From a candidate division WOR-3 bacterium (GTDB lineage: Bacteria > Hydrothermota > 32-111), in assembly GCA_039804105.1 (NCBI GenBank), contig JBDRZU010000002.1:160001-224000 (forward strand): 64,000 bases of DNA, in the 5' to 3' direction. Both the position numbers and the translations under genes were made by a program. Positions 9,710-19,616 of this stretch are shown here, piece by piece. The stretch's first letter is position 1. Each line of letters starts with the position of its first letter. The notes under the pieces were generated by a model. The model was not told the DNA's origin and searched no databases. It saw only the letters and a program-made list of their open reading frames with translations.

Positions 9710-10898
9710 TTTGAACAGAATTTTACATCTTTCAACAATACCAGTATGGGTCATGGGGAAAAGGTCAGGAATGCCTTCAGTAATGAAAACATTAAAATAT
9801 TATGATGAAAAAGGGTTTTATCAACTCTATATATACCCATCAAATAAAAATTCTATAGAAACTTTGTTTAAAAATTGTAGAATAGTATCATTAAAAGTCC
9901 CTGAAATATTTTTAAACCAAAAACATTTAAAATCATACCACCTTTTTAACAAATTAAGATTTATATATTTTTCAACCATTTACCCCATTAAATTAAAAAA
10001 TCTAATAAAAAATTTTAATCCCGACTTTGTTTATGCACATCTACAGTATATGCCTTTGACTTCTTACATACTATTTCGAAGAAGCAAACCGATCTTTGTA
10101 AGGTACTATGGCCTCGTTGATGCTTACAAATATGTTTTAAATAACAGGTTTTACAAATTTGAAGAAAATCTTCTATCTTTCAGATTGAACCTTACAGGAT
10201 ACATTCTTGTGAACGATGGAACAGGCGGTGATGATGTTGCTATAAAACGTGGGGTTGATAGGGAAAAAATTTTATACCTTATTAATGGAATCGATAACTT
10301 TCCCTCACTGACAGAAGAAGAAAGATCTGAGTTGAAAAAAAATCTCAAAATAAATGAAAAACCTGTTTTTCTTTTTCTTAACAGATTATCAAAACTCAAG
10401 GGTATTGATCTTTTTTTGAATTTTTTAGAAAATTTTTATGAAAGAACAAGCGTAACCTTTTTAATAATAGGAGATGGAGATGAAAGAGATAAAATGTTAA
10501 AATTTTTGGATTCAAAAAAAGTTGATTACAGATATATAAGAAGTATAGAACAAAATGAAACTTATAAATATTTTCAAATATCTGATCTGTTTTTATCTTT
10601 CAATATTCTTTCCTCTCTCAACAATCCTGTTCTTGAAAGTATTAAAAATGAAACTCCTGTTTTAAGTTTAAAAAGAGGTTTTAAAACTGAATTCATGAAT
10701 GATTTTATTTTTTCCTTTGATACTGTTAAAGAAATGTCAGAATTCGCAGCACTTTTTCTTTCTATTAGAAAAGATCAAAATGAGATGAATAAGATAAAGG
10801 AAAAACTGAAAAATTTTGAAAAACATTATATTTGGTCGTGGGAAGAAAGGATGAACACTGAATTTGTTTTTGTTAAAGAAAGGTTGAAAAATGTTTAA
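9699..10898 (+). CDS. Glycosyltransferase family 4
   Basis: PDFVYAH, NGID, FLNRLSKLKG, IIGDGDE, NPVLES. A TTG start at 9711 after GGAGAG is more likely. Confidence 0.8.
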   Translation: MESDLNRILHLSTIPVWVMGKRSGMPSVMKTLKYYDEKGFYQLYIYPSNKNSIETLFKNCRIVSLKVPEIFLNQKHLKSYHLFNKLRFIYFSTIYPIKLKNLIKNFNPDFVYAHLQYMPLTSYILFRRSKPIFVRYYGLVDAYKYVLNNRFYKFEENLLSFRLNLTGYILVNDGTGGDDVAIKRGVDREKILYLINGIDNFPSLTEEERSELKKNLKINEKPVFLFLNRLSKLKGIDLFLNFLENFYERTSVTFLIIGDGDERDKMLKFLDSKKVDYRYIRSIEQNETYKYFQISDLFLSFNILSSLNNPVLESIKNETPVLSLKRGFKTEFMNDFIFSFDTVKEMSEFAALFLSIRKDQNEMNKIKEKLKNFEKHYIWSWEERMNTEFVFVKERLKNV

Positions 10899-12144
10899 AA
10901 AATCACTTTTAACCTTTGTAAGTGAGCTGATCATTGTTTTTATAGGGATAGGTACAACAATTATAATCAATAGAGGTTTAGGTCCTGTGAACAAGGGTTA
11001 CTATGCTTATATAATTCTCGTGTCGTCAACTCTTTCTATGGTTCTCGAATTTGGATTTTCTACAGGTCTTTCTTACTATTCGGGGAAAAAGATATCATTA
11101 TCTCAGGACAAATGGAAAACACTTTCCATTATTTTAATGTTTGTTTTTTTTCTAATATCGATTGTAGCGACTTTCCTTTTAATATTATTTTATGATGATC
11201 AGAGAGGGTATTTTATCATTCCATTGTTATTTTTTGTCCAGATATCATCAAAATTCACTCTTGGACTTTATCTCGGATCACTAAAAATAAAACTTTTCAA
11301 CATAATCAGAACACTCCCTATATTCATCGAGATAACATTATTAATAACTCTAATAATTTTAAAAATTCAACTCACACCTGTGAACATATCCCTTGTATAC
11401 TTTTTCTCACTTTTTATTCCACTTGCAATGTCAATATATTTTTTGTTTCCGTTCAAGTTTCAAATTCCTAACATTAAAGAACTTGTATCCATAACCAGAT
11501 ACAGTTTTTTTATCTATCTTGCGAATCTAATGTCTTTTTTAAATTACAGAATCGATATGTTTTTGATATCTTTTTTTCTAAAACCTGAATACCTTGGATG
11601 GTATTCGGTTGCAGTTTTTATAATTGAAAAAACACGATTGTTATCCCAGTCAACCTCACTTGTGAATTTCGCATTAAAAGTAAATCAGGATGTAAAAGAT
11701 TCTTTTGAAATATCAATGAGGATTGTAAACAGCATCAACATTCTTGTTGCAACTTTTATAGTTATAACAGCGTATCCTCTCATAACCATTCTCTACTCTC
11801 CCGCATATAAAGAATCGATAATTCCAATGATCATTCTTGCACCAGCCATACTCTCAAATGGGTATGCAAAAATGTTGTCTTCTGAACTTTCAGGTGATGG
11901 TATTATAAAAGTTCAATTACTCGCTTCGATAATAAGTGTTCTAATAAACATCATTTTAAATCTTGTACTTATACCAAAATTTAAAATCATCGGAGCATCG
12001 ATTGCATCTTTATTTTCATATACTTTAAACACTTTAATAATTTTAACATTCTTTTTGAAACATTACAAAAAGAATTTTAAAAATATGATGATAATAAACA
12101 GAACCGATTTAATTAAAATTATTAACTATTTTAAATCTCTTTGA
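10891..12144 (+). CDS. wzx: Oligosaccharide flippase (Wzx)
   Basis: About 12 TM helices; RGLGPVNKGYY, NYRIDMFLI...LGWYSVA, LIPKFKIIGASIAS. Confidence 0.88.
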   Translation: MFKKSLLTFVSELIIVFIGIGTTIIINRGLGPVNKGYYAYIILVSSTLSMVLEFGFSTGLSYYSGKKISLSQDKWKTLSIILMFVFFLISIVATFLLILFYDDQRGYFIIPLLFFVQISSKFTLGLYLGSLKIKLFNIIRTLPIFIEITLLITLIILKIQLTPVNISLVYFFSLFIPLAMSIYFLFPFKFQIPNIKELVSITRYSFFIYLANLMSFLNYRIDMFLISFFLKPEYLGWYSVAVFIIEKTRLLSQSTSLVNFALKVNQDVKDSFEISMRIVNSINILVATFIVITAYPLITILYSPAYKESIIPMIILAPAILSNGYAKMLSSELSGDGIIKVQLLASIISVLINIILNLVLIPKFKIIGASIASLFSYTLNTLIILTFFLKHYKKNFKNMMIINRTDLIKIINYFKSL

Positions 12145-12145
12145 T

Positions 12146-14143
12146 ATGATTATTTTTCTTATTTTTATTTTAGGTTTTTTTTGTCTAAATCTTAATGGTT
12201 CAATAGAAAAAGAATATCTTGTTGGATGGTATTTAAACAATGATGAGAAAATTTCAAAATCTTTTCTTGGCATCGATGGTGGATATTACAAAGATGACTT
12301 TACTACCTATTATGATATTTTCATACAGTATACCCTTTATAACCGAGAAAAAGATTTAACAAAAATCGATCCTTTAAAATTTCAACCTTTGTTAAATTTA
12401 CCTCATACAAAATATGTAATCATAACTCTCCCTTCATACTCAACATTTTCGAGAAACCTTTTTTCCTTTTTTAACTCTGATTCAAACAATATTTCAATTC
12501 TTAAGTATGGAAAAGTTTTTCTTATAAACAAAAATAGTAGAAAAATATTGGATGAAGAAAATATTAAAAATTACATTTCCACATTCTGGGACAAAGAAAT
12601 TCCAACATATGGAGTTCTTAAAGTTAAAGATTTGAAAAAAGATGAAAAAATTTTGATCGAGATCTATAAAGATAAAATCTTCAATTTAAAGTCGAATGCA
12701 GCTGTTAACATCTATTTTGATATATTCGGTTTATCATACAAATTACTTAATAAAAACTCTTATATCAATATAATTTTTGATCTATCGTTTGAAGATTCTT
12801 TTTTCCATTTTATAATTGGAAATAGAACAAACACTTTTATCGATCAAAAATACAAAAATTTTATCAGAACAGATTTTAATATAAGCAAGATTTCAGGTAG
12901 CAAAAAAATAAATATATCAAAACAAGATCGAGAAAAATATATTTTGAACCTACCTTCAGATCAAACCCTTGATACAATCTGGCAAACTTTTCAATTCAAC
13001 ATAAAAGATTTTCTTGATGAAAAATTCGGATTAAAGAATTATAGGATAGTTGGACTAAGGATCATATTAAAAGACACATATCTTGGTAATTTCAATTTTT
13101 CTTACAAAAATCAAAAGAAGGTTCAGCAGGCAAAATTTATAGTTGACTCATTGTGCTCTCTTGGTGATAAAAGAATAATTGGATTTTATCTGGAAGATGA
13201 AATAGAACCAAAAACCATAATAAACCTTGATAGATGGTTTTTTGAGTACCGTAACGATATTTACAAAAATAATCTTCTAAAAAGAAACGATGAAACAACC
13301 ATTTACTATATAAACGAAATTATCGATTATATCAAAAGCAAAAACCATATTCCCTTTGTTTTACATTCAGCACAGTTTTATGATTATAAAAATGATGATA
13401 AACTGAAACTGATGATGTTTGAAGATACATCTTTTCTTATCACAAGCGATTATATAATGTTTGATGATTATCTATACGATGAGTACTTTTTAAAAAGGTT
13501 TAAAAAAATATACGATTTTGCAAAACAAAATTCGAAAAAGATTCTTTACATAGGAGATGCTTATAAAGATATAAAAAATGATAAATTAAAGTTTGATAAA
13601 ATAAAATGGAGATTCTTTTCTCCATATATTTTAGGTTCAAATGGAATAATTTTTTATGCATATTATTATAACAATACTGACAGTAGAGAAAAATTTCAAA
13701 ATGATTTTTATAAACAAAAAATAGGACTTTTTTCAAAATTTTTAAGTGAAACATCCCTAAAAAGGATCGAAAATTCCAAAGAATTTTTTGTTCAAAAAGG
13801 ATCATATGAAAGATACTCAAAAATAGTTTTAACAAATGATGAGAAAATATTTTTTCTATATCTAACGAATACAAAAGATGAGAATTACCCCCTTAATTGT
13901 CAATTTGATCTCGAAGACGAAGATATGATCCATTTAAAAACTTTTCTCCATGAAAAAAAATTTAAAATATATCAGGTCAATTTCAAATATTTTGAAAATC
14001 CTGAAAAGATAAAAGAATATCTCCTCCCCATATCAATAAAAAATGAAACAGGTCTAATTGAAATTTTTAAAAATTATGAACTATCAAAATTCAACAATAG
14101 ATTTGATATAAAAATAACAGTATTTAACAATATCAAAGAATAG
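12146..14143 (+). CDS. Exported hypothetical protein with a possible glycoside-hydrolase-like TIM barrel
   Basis: Signal peptide; IIGFYLEDE, DYIMFDDY and GSNGIIFYAY resemble clan GH-A barrel strands. Confidence 0.5.
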   Translation: MIIFLIFILGFFCLNLNGSIEKEYLVGWYLNNDEKISKSFLGIDGGYYKDDFTTYYDIFIQYTLYNREKDLTKIDPLKFQPLLNLPHTKYVIITLPSYSTFSRNLFSFFNSDSNNISILKYGKVFLINKNSRKILDEENIKNYISTFWDKEIPTYGVLKVKDLKKDEKILIEIYKDKIFNLKSNAAVNIYFDIFGLSYKLLNKNSYINIIFDLSFEDSFFHFIIGNRTNTFIDQKYKNFIRTDFNISKISGSKKINISKQDREKYILNLPSDQTLDTIWQTFQFNIKDFLDEKFGLKNYRIVGLRIILKDTYLGNFNFSYKNQKKVQQAKFIVDSLCSLGDKRIIGFYLEDEIEPKTIINLDRWFFEYRNDIYKNNLLKRNDETTIYYINEIIDYIKSKNHIPFVLHSAQFYDYKNDDKLKLMMFEDTSFLITSDYIMFDDYLYDEYFLKRFKKIYDFAKQNSKKILYIGDAYKDIKNDKLKFDKIKWRFFSPYILGSNGIIFYAYYYNNTDSREKFQNDFYKQKIGLFSKFLSETSLKRIENSKEFFVQKGSYERYSKIVLTNDEKIFFLYLTNTKDENYPLNCQFDLEDEDMIHLKTFLHEKKFKIYQVNFKYFENPEKIKEYLLPISIKNETGLIEIFKNYELSKFNNRFDIKITVFNNIKE

Positions 14144-14180
14144 ATTTTATTTCACAAATTTAAAGTTTGACCATTTAAAC

Positions 14181-14208
14181 TTGACAGAGATATTTATAGA
14201 GTTATTAT
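14181..14208 (+). promoter_or_regulatory. Putative leaderless promoter of the HD-GYP gene
   Basis: TTGACA-16 bp-TATTAT-6 nt-ATG(14215), with no SD. Confidence 0.6.
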
Positions 14209-14214
14209 TAAATT

Positions 14215-15366
14215 ATGAAAATAGATCAAAAAGAGATTTTGAATGAACTTATAGAAATTTCAATAATGATTAGTTCCATCCCCAATCTTAACCAACTTCT
14301 TGAAATAGTGTTAAAAAAAGCAAGAGAGATAACAAACTCTGATGCTGGTTCCCTTTATTTAAAAGATAAAAACAGATTGGTGTTTTTGATAACTCAAAAC
14401 GATACATTAAAGGACATACATAAAAAATTCAAGGCATTTCCTATAAACATTGATAAAACATCTATAGCAGGTTATGCTGCTTTTACAAAAAATATTATCA
14501 ACATTCCAGATGTTTATATGCTTTCCAATGAATATCCTTTCTCTTTCAATGACGAATTTGATAAGAAAAATAATTACAGAACAAAATCTATGCTCACAAT
14601 ACCAATGAAGGATAACGAAAATGAGGTTATAGGTGTTTTACAACTTATAAATTCAAAAGATGAAAAAGGTAATATCACCTCATATTCAAAGGAGATCGAA
14701 AAGATAATAGAATCTTTTGCATCAATAGCCGCTGTTTCGATAAAGAATGTTCAACTTAAAGAAAACATCAAAAGAGCGTATCTTGAAACGATATATAGAT
14801 TATCAGTCGCTGCAGAATACAAGGACACCGATACAGGTACACACATAAAAAGAATGAGTAAATATTCTGAACTTATAGCAAAAAAACTTGGATTTTCAGA
14901 TGAGTTCTGTGAATTGATCCTTTATGCTTCACCATTACACGATATTGGAAAACTCGGTATACCAGATGCCATTCTTACAAAACCAGCAAAACTTACACCT
15001 GAAGAATGGGAAATAATGAAAAGACATACAATAATGGGATATGAGATTCTTGCTGGGTCAACAGAAAAATTAATAAATTTTGCCTCTTCAATCGCGTTAA
15101 ACCATCATGAAAGATTTGATGGAACAGGTTATCCAAGTGGAAAAAAAGGTGAAGAGATTCCTATAGAAGGAAGGATTGTAGCACTTGCCGATGTTTTCGA
15201 TGCTCTTGCTACTAAAAGACCCTATAAGGATGCATGGCCATTGGATAAGATATTAACGGAAATAGAAAATCAGAGAGACAAACAGTTTGACGGAAAGATC
15301 GTCGATGTTTTTCTATCAAATCTTGATGAGTTTTTAAAAATACAAAACGAGTTTAAAGAGGATTAA
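14215..15366 (+). CDS. GAF + HD-GYP cyclic-dinucleotide phosphodiesterase
   Basis: GAF domain (SDAGSLYL, YRTKSMLTIPM, IGVLQLIN); LHDIGKLGIPDAIL, HHERFDGTGYP, ADVFDAL..KRPYK. Confidence 0.93.
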   Translation: MKIDQKEILNELIEISIMISSIPNLNQLLEIVLKKAREITNSDAGSLYLKDKNRLVFLITQNDTLKDIHKKFKAFPINIDKTSIAGYAAFTKNIINIPDVYMLSNEYPFSFNDEFDKKNNYRTKSMLTIPMKDNENEVIGVLQLINSKDEKGNITSYSKEIEKIIESFASIAAVSIKNVQLKENIKRAYLETIYRLSVAAEYKDTDTGTHIKRMSKYSELIAKKLGFSDEFCELILYASPLHDIGKLGIPDAILTKPAKLTPEEWEIMKRHTIMGYEILAGSTEKLINFASSIALNHHERFDGTGYPSGKKGEEIPIEGRIVALADVFDALATKRPYKDAWPLDKILTEIENQRDKQFDGKIVDVFLSNLDEFLKIQNEFKED

Positions 15367-15623
15367 ACCTTTAATTTTAAACTCACCATTTTTGCCGTAA
15401 CTCCAGTGATTTTTTGTAAATTCTCAAACAATTCTTTTCCCTGTTTGTCGGTTCCAGCAAGTTCAACGATCAAAAGTCCACATTCTGAACATTTATTTTC
15501 AACACCATCATGTACACCAAGTCTTGTTTTTATTATGCAACCATATTTTGTGAGTGTCTCCTGAACTTTAACAGCAGATTTACTTCTGTTTGAAACAAGA
15601 ATGAGGATAACATTTTTTTTCAT
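15363..15623 (-). CDS. Small ACT-like protein related to TM1266 (iron-only hydrogenase system regulator family)
   Basis: NRSKSAVKVQETLTKYGCIIKTRLG pattern; AGGAGG SD. Confidence 0.7.
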   Translation of the reverse strand: MKKNVILILVSNRSKSAVKVQETLTKYGCIIKTRLGVHDGVENKCSECGLLIVELAGTDKQGKELFENLQKITGVTAKMVSLKLKV

Positions 15624-17077
15624 ATAACCTCCTTAAAATTGAATTTTAATTCCTTTTCCACAAAAACTTTATCCTTCATGTAAAATTTTAAATCATAATC
15701 GGTTAAATTGTCAACAAAAAAACTTTTACCTTCTATTTTCACACTCTCTTCCCTTTGTTTTAAAATCTTTTTGAGTTCATCTATTGATACACTTTTAAAT
15801 TCTTTTTCTCTTGTTAACTTTATAATTTCAAAAAGATATTTTGAATATCCCTCATAGGTAAACCTATCCAAACTGGAAGGATGAAATATAAAGTTGAATA
15901 CGCCTTTTAAATTTTTAATCTCAATTAAGACCTGTTCTATACTTTCTGTAAATTTTATTCCTCTCATCTCTTCTAAATTTAGAGCACTGTCCATAGATAT
16001 AACGGGGAACTCCACAAGATCCTTATCAAGAAAAACTGGGTTTGCAAAACCTGTAAAAAAAGAGGAACTTTTTCTGTCACCGATTGAAGAATCGGTTTTA
16101 ATATTCAACTTTTTAAAAATTTCCACATGCTTTTCTGTCAACCTGTTAAGGAAATGGAATCTCACATCGATAGATTCTTTGTCGGTTATACTCTTAAATT
16201 TTTCGACCTCATCCATTATCATGTTTTCACTCAAGAAAGATTCATAGGAAAGATGTAAACCAACAACATATTTTTTTATAAGTTTTTTAAAAAGTTTTTC
16301 CGATTCTTTGTAACTATACCTTGTTGTGAAAATATCTTTTTTTTTGGCGAAAATATAAAAAGTCGCTTTTAAACAATTTTCTTCAAGTATCTTTTGAATC
16401 TCACCTATTCTATTCCACGGATCTTTAGTTTTACAATTTTTTTTGATTTTAAAATATTGAGAAGAGAATTCGTCTTTAAAAAAATTTTTCTTTATTCCAT
16501 AATAGATATCTTTTTTCCAGTCAAAATATCTGATTCTGTCTACATCAAAAGTCAAAAGTAAAAAAGGTTCTCTTCTTTGAATTTCAAGATAATAACCATT
16601 TTTCTTTAAAAAAAATTCTCTAACAGTTTTTCCAATCTCTAAGAGAATCCTTTCAAGATAAGGTTTTTTTCTCAAAAGTTTTACTTTCTCAAAATCATCT
16701 CTTTTTGTGAATTGAAACTCTTTGAGTATAGAAGAATATATTAAAGCAAAAATATCAAATTTAAGGATCAACGAATTTGAATGTATATAAAAAAAATCTG
16801 ACTCATATTCTTTAAAAACAAGATGATGTCTGTTAAAAATTGGATGATCACCTGAAAAATCTATTCTTTCAACCTTTCCCTGATATAGAAGTGGATCTTC
16901 CAAAACATAAACAACATTCTCTTCTATTTTCTCAAGAGAGTCAGTATAAATTATTCTATTATTCGAAACAGGTATTTCAATTGTCAATGTACCAAGAACA
17001 AAATTCTTTTTTAAAGTTTCAAAATCTACTTTTTTTAATTTTCTTCTATCTTCAAAAGTTAACATATTTTTTTTCAA
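15620..17077 (-). CDS. Polysaccharide deacetylase-like protein (NodB/CE4-like C-terminal domain)
   Basis: LTFDVD, VGLHLSY, RFHFL, DSSIG...FFTG, FIFHP. Confidence 0.75.
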   Translation of the reverse strand: MKKNMLTFEDRRKLKKVDFETLKKNFVLGTLTIEIPVSNNRIIYTDSLEKIEENVVYVLEDPLLYQGKVERIDFSGDHPIFNRHHLVFKEYESDFFYIHSNSLILKFDIFALIYSSILKEFQFTKRDDFEKVKLLRKKPYLERILLEIGKTVREFFLKKNGYYLEIQRREPFLLLTFDVDRIRYFDWKKDIYYGIKKNFFKDEFSSQYFKIKKNCKTKDPWNRIGEIQKILEENCLKATFYIFAKKKDIFTTRYSYKESEKLFKKLIKKYVVGLHLSYESFLSENMIMDEVEKFKSITDKESIDVRFHFLNRLTEKHVEIFKKLNIKTDSSIGDRKSSSFFTGFANPVFLDKDLVEFPVISMDSALNLEEMRGIKFTESIEQVLIEIKNLKGVFNFIFHPSSLDRFTYEGYSKYLFEIIKLTREKEFKSVSIDELKKILKQREESVKIEGKSFFVDNLTDYDLKFYMKDKVFVEKELKFNFKEVI

Positions 17078-17897
17078 GTTTAAAGTACAATTTTAAGGAA
17101 GGATCAATTTTGCTTTTATATTTAGCGATCCTTTCCGTATTAGCTCCAACAAGATCAACCTTATAACCCTTAAAATATCCTCCTTTATAGATCTGGTTCA
17201 AAAGTTCTATGGTATCTTTACCGGTTATCACATAAAGGTATGCCACTTTACTTCTATTATCAAAAAGAACAGCAACACTCGCTTTCGAATTTGAAAAAAT
17301 TTTCAACAAATCTTTTTCCCTTAACGAATCTATTATGTATATAAAATCTTTTTTATCTATATGGCTCTTCCCTTTATAAGAAATTAAATAATCCTGATAG
17401 AGTTTTTGAGAATCGGTTATCAATTTTAACCCATCAAGGGAAATCGAATCGTTTTCTTTAAATTCATCCACCATATAAGAATAACAGGGAACCACATTTA
17501 TTCCATTCCATTTAAAAATCCTAATATCATAAAAATCATAATGTAATGGTAATGAAAAATAAGCAAAATTCTTTTTAAGAAAAATAGAATATGTTGATAA
17601 TATTTCTCTAAATCTAAAAAATTTCTTTTTCTCATGCTCTGGATTATTTTTCAATATAATATTAAAGAACTGGGTGAACTGTGGAGTTAAAAATATTTTA
17701 CTGAAAAATAATTTTTTCTCGTTGACAGGAAAAAATGCTTCAATTCCATTTTCAGAAGATATAGAGTAAATTTTAATATTTTTTATCCCTCCAAAGGTTT
17801 CAAGATATTTTCTTGAAACAAAAACATTGAATCCAAAAAAATTTTCAGAATTTTTTTCATAAAAATCAAAATCGATTCTATCTATTTTCATCAACAT
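17052..17897 (-). CDS. GNAT/FemAB-like hypothetical protein
   Basis: TPQFTQF, D.R.FKW.G..V.P.YSY, DLVGANTERIAKYKS resemble GNAT proteins of polysaccharide loci. Confidence 0.55.
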   Translation of the reverse strand: MLMKIDRIDFDFYEKNSENFFGFNVFVSRKYLETFGGIKNIKIYSISSENGIEAFFPVNEKKLFFSKIFLTPQFTQFFNIILKNNPEHEKKKFFRFREILSTYSIFLKKNFAYFSLPLHYDFYDIRIFKWNGINVVPCYSYMVDEFKENDSISLDGLKLITDSQKLYQDYLISYKGKSHIDKKDFIYIIDSLREKDLLKIFSNSKASVAVLFDNRSKVAYLYVITGKDTIELLNQIYKGGYFKGYKVDLVGANTERIAKYKSKIDPSLKLYFKLEKKYVNF

Positions 17898-18231
17898 AAA
17901 GATATTCTTTTAGTTTTTCCAACCTTTTGGTTTTTATACCATCAACATATAGAAGTTCTTCTATCTTTTTGAACCCGTTCAAACTATCTCTCATCTTAAT
18001 AATTTTTTGAGCAGTTTTTTCACCTATTCCCGGGACTCTAATAAGATCATTCAATGTTACACTGTTGAGTTCATATTTTTCAGTATTGGTTTTAAGATCA
18101 CCTGTTTGAAATTCTTGAAACTCAATTTTTTTATTTTGAATTTTCTGGTTGAATAAATACAGAAATATTGAAAAAAATAGTATGACCAAAGATAGTATAA
18201 AGAAAACTCTATCTGTCATATATTGTTTCAA
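17878..18231 (-). CDS. comEA: ComEA-like helix-hairpin-helix DNA-binding membrane protein
   Basis: N-terminal TM; LNSVTLNDLIRVPGIGEKTAQKII...GFKKIEELLYVDGIK. Confidence 0.85.
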   Translation of the reverse strand: MKQYMTDRVFFILSLVILFFSIFLYLFNQKIQNKKIEFQEFQTGDLKTNTEKYELNSVTLNDLIRVPGIGEKTAQKIIKMRDSLNGFKKIEELLYVDGIKTKRLEKLKEYLYVDENR

Positions 18232-19090
18232 TTAAAACCTCCCCAACATCTTTTAAACTCTTTTCACTACATTTATTGGGAGTATCATATATCGTATGCC
18301 AGTATCTATATTCAATATCTATTATATTAACACATTTAAATCCTTTTTTGTTTAAAGGTATATGATCATCTTCAACAAAAAAACCTATTCTATTTATAAA
18401 ACTTTTTTTATTTAACTTTTTTGCTTTTTCAAATATTTTGTCATAAAGTTTAGAATTTGTAAATTCAGAGTTGATTTCCCTTTTTATCGTTAGATCACTA
18501 TCTCCCACCATATCAACAAGTATTGCAATTTTGGGAATCTTTCCTACATAGTTTTCTGCAAAAAACTTTGAACCCAAGAACCATTCCTCGGGGTGTGCGA
18601 CAGTTCCCCCATCTTCTCCATCAAAAAAAATAAAATCTATCCTCTCACTGTATTGGTTTTCTTTAAAAAATTTAGCAAGTGTTAAAAGAAGAGCAGTTGA
18701 AGAAGCACCATCATTTGCGCCAGGAGTTGCTTTCCCTTTTACATTGGAAAAGGGTCTCGAATCAAAGTGTGAAAATAACATAACATTTTCTTCTTTTTCT
18801 TTATTTAAAATTCCTATTATATTACAGAACTCGATCTCTTTTTTTGAATATGAAACTTTTTGTTTAAATTTTTGAACATAGACAGTATCAACATAATTTT
18901 TCAAAAAATTAATGATAAAATCAACTGTTTTTCTGTGTGCTTCACTACCTGGAACTCTTGGGCCAAAAGAACATTGCTTTTCGAGAAGTAAAAAGGAGAG
19001 TTTTGCATCAAAATCAAGGCAAAAAAAATCAACTTTTAAAAAAAGAAAAAAACTAAGAAGTAAAAATTTTTTTAAAAATTTCATCAGCAC
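18209..19090 (-). CDS. M28 family peptidase (glutaminyl cyclase-like), exported
   Basis: FGPRVPGSEAH, SHFDSRP, GANDGAS, FFDGEDG, DMVGD, DDHIP, WHT. Confidence 0.9.
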   Translation of the reverse strand: MLMKFLKKFLLLSFFLFLKVDFFCLDFDAKLSFLLLEKQCSFGPRVPGSEAHRKTVDFIINFLKNYVDTVYVQKFKQKVSYSKKEIEFCNIIGILNKEKEENVMLFSHFDSRPFSNVKGKATPGANDGASSTALLLTLAKFFKENQYSERIDFIFFDGEDGGTVAHPEEWFLGSKFFAENYVGKIPKIAILVDMVGDSDLTIKREINSEFTNSKLYDKIFEKAKKLNKKSFINRIGFFVEDDHIPLNKKGFKCVNIIDIEYRYWHTIYDTPNKCSEKSLKDVGEVLIETIYDR

Positions 19091-19616
19091 TCTTCTTTAA
19101 CTGTTCTATAGAACCAGTATTTTCAACAATAAAATCACTGAAAAGTATTTTTTTATCATCAGACCATTGGTATCTATCAAGCAACTTATATAGTTCTCTG
19201 TCAGCACCTCCCCTTTTTTCAAAAATTCTTCGAAATCTTTCGTCAAAATCACCGTCCTTTATGAGTATTATTGTATCAAAATAATAATCTATCTGCCATT
19301 CAAAAATGAGGGCTGCATCTAAAATTACATCATCATACTTTTCACAATTTTCTATTATATAATCGGGAAGATGAGTGTACATCCAGTTGTTATATTTGAC
19401 GAAAAGATTTTCATCTTTAATAATACTTTCCTTTAACCTTTCTACATAGTTTTGATCATGTTTTAAACCAAGGAAAGCAAAAATTTCTCGTTGATTTTCT
19501 CTCAAAAGTTCTTTTCCAAGTTCATCACCAAAAATTATTTTGATCTTTCCCTTTGAAAGGAATTGTGCGAATGTAGTTTTTCCAGACCCGAATTTACCGG
19601 TTATTCCTATTTTCAT
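19053..19616 (-). CDS. coaE: Dephospho-CoA kinase
   Basis: MKIGITGKFGSGKTT, LDAALIFE, SDFIVENTGS. Confidence 0.8.
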   Translation of the reverse strand: MKIGITGKFGSGKTTFAQFLSKGKIKIIFGDELGKELLRENQREIFAFLGLKHDQNYVERLKESIIKDENLFVKYNNWMYTHLPDYIIENCEKYDDVILDAALIFEWQIDYYFDTIILIKDGDFDERFRRIFEKRGGADRELYKLLDRYQWSDDKKILFSDFIVENTGSIEQLKKSADEIFKKIFTS

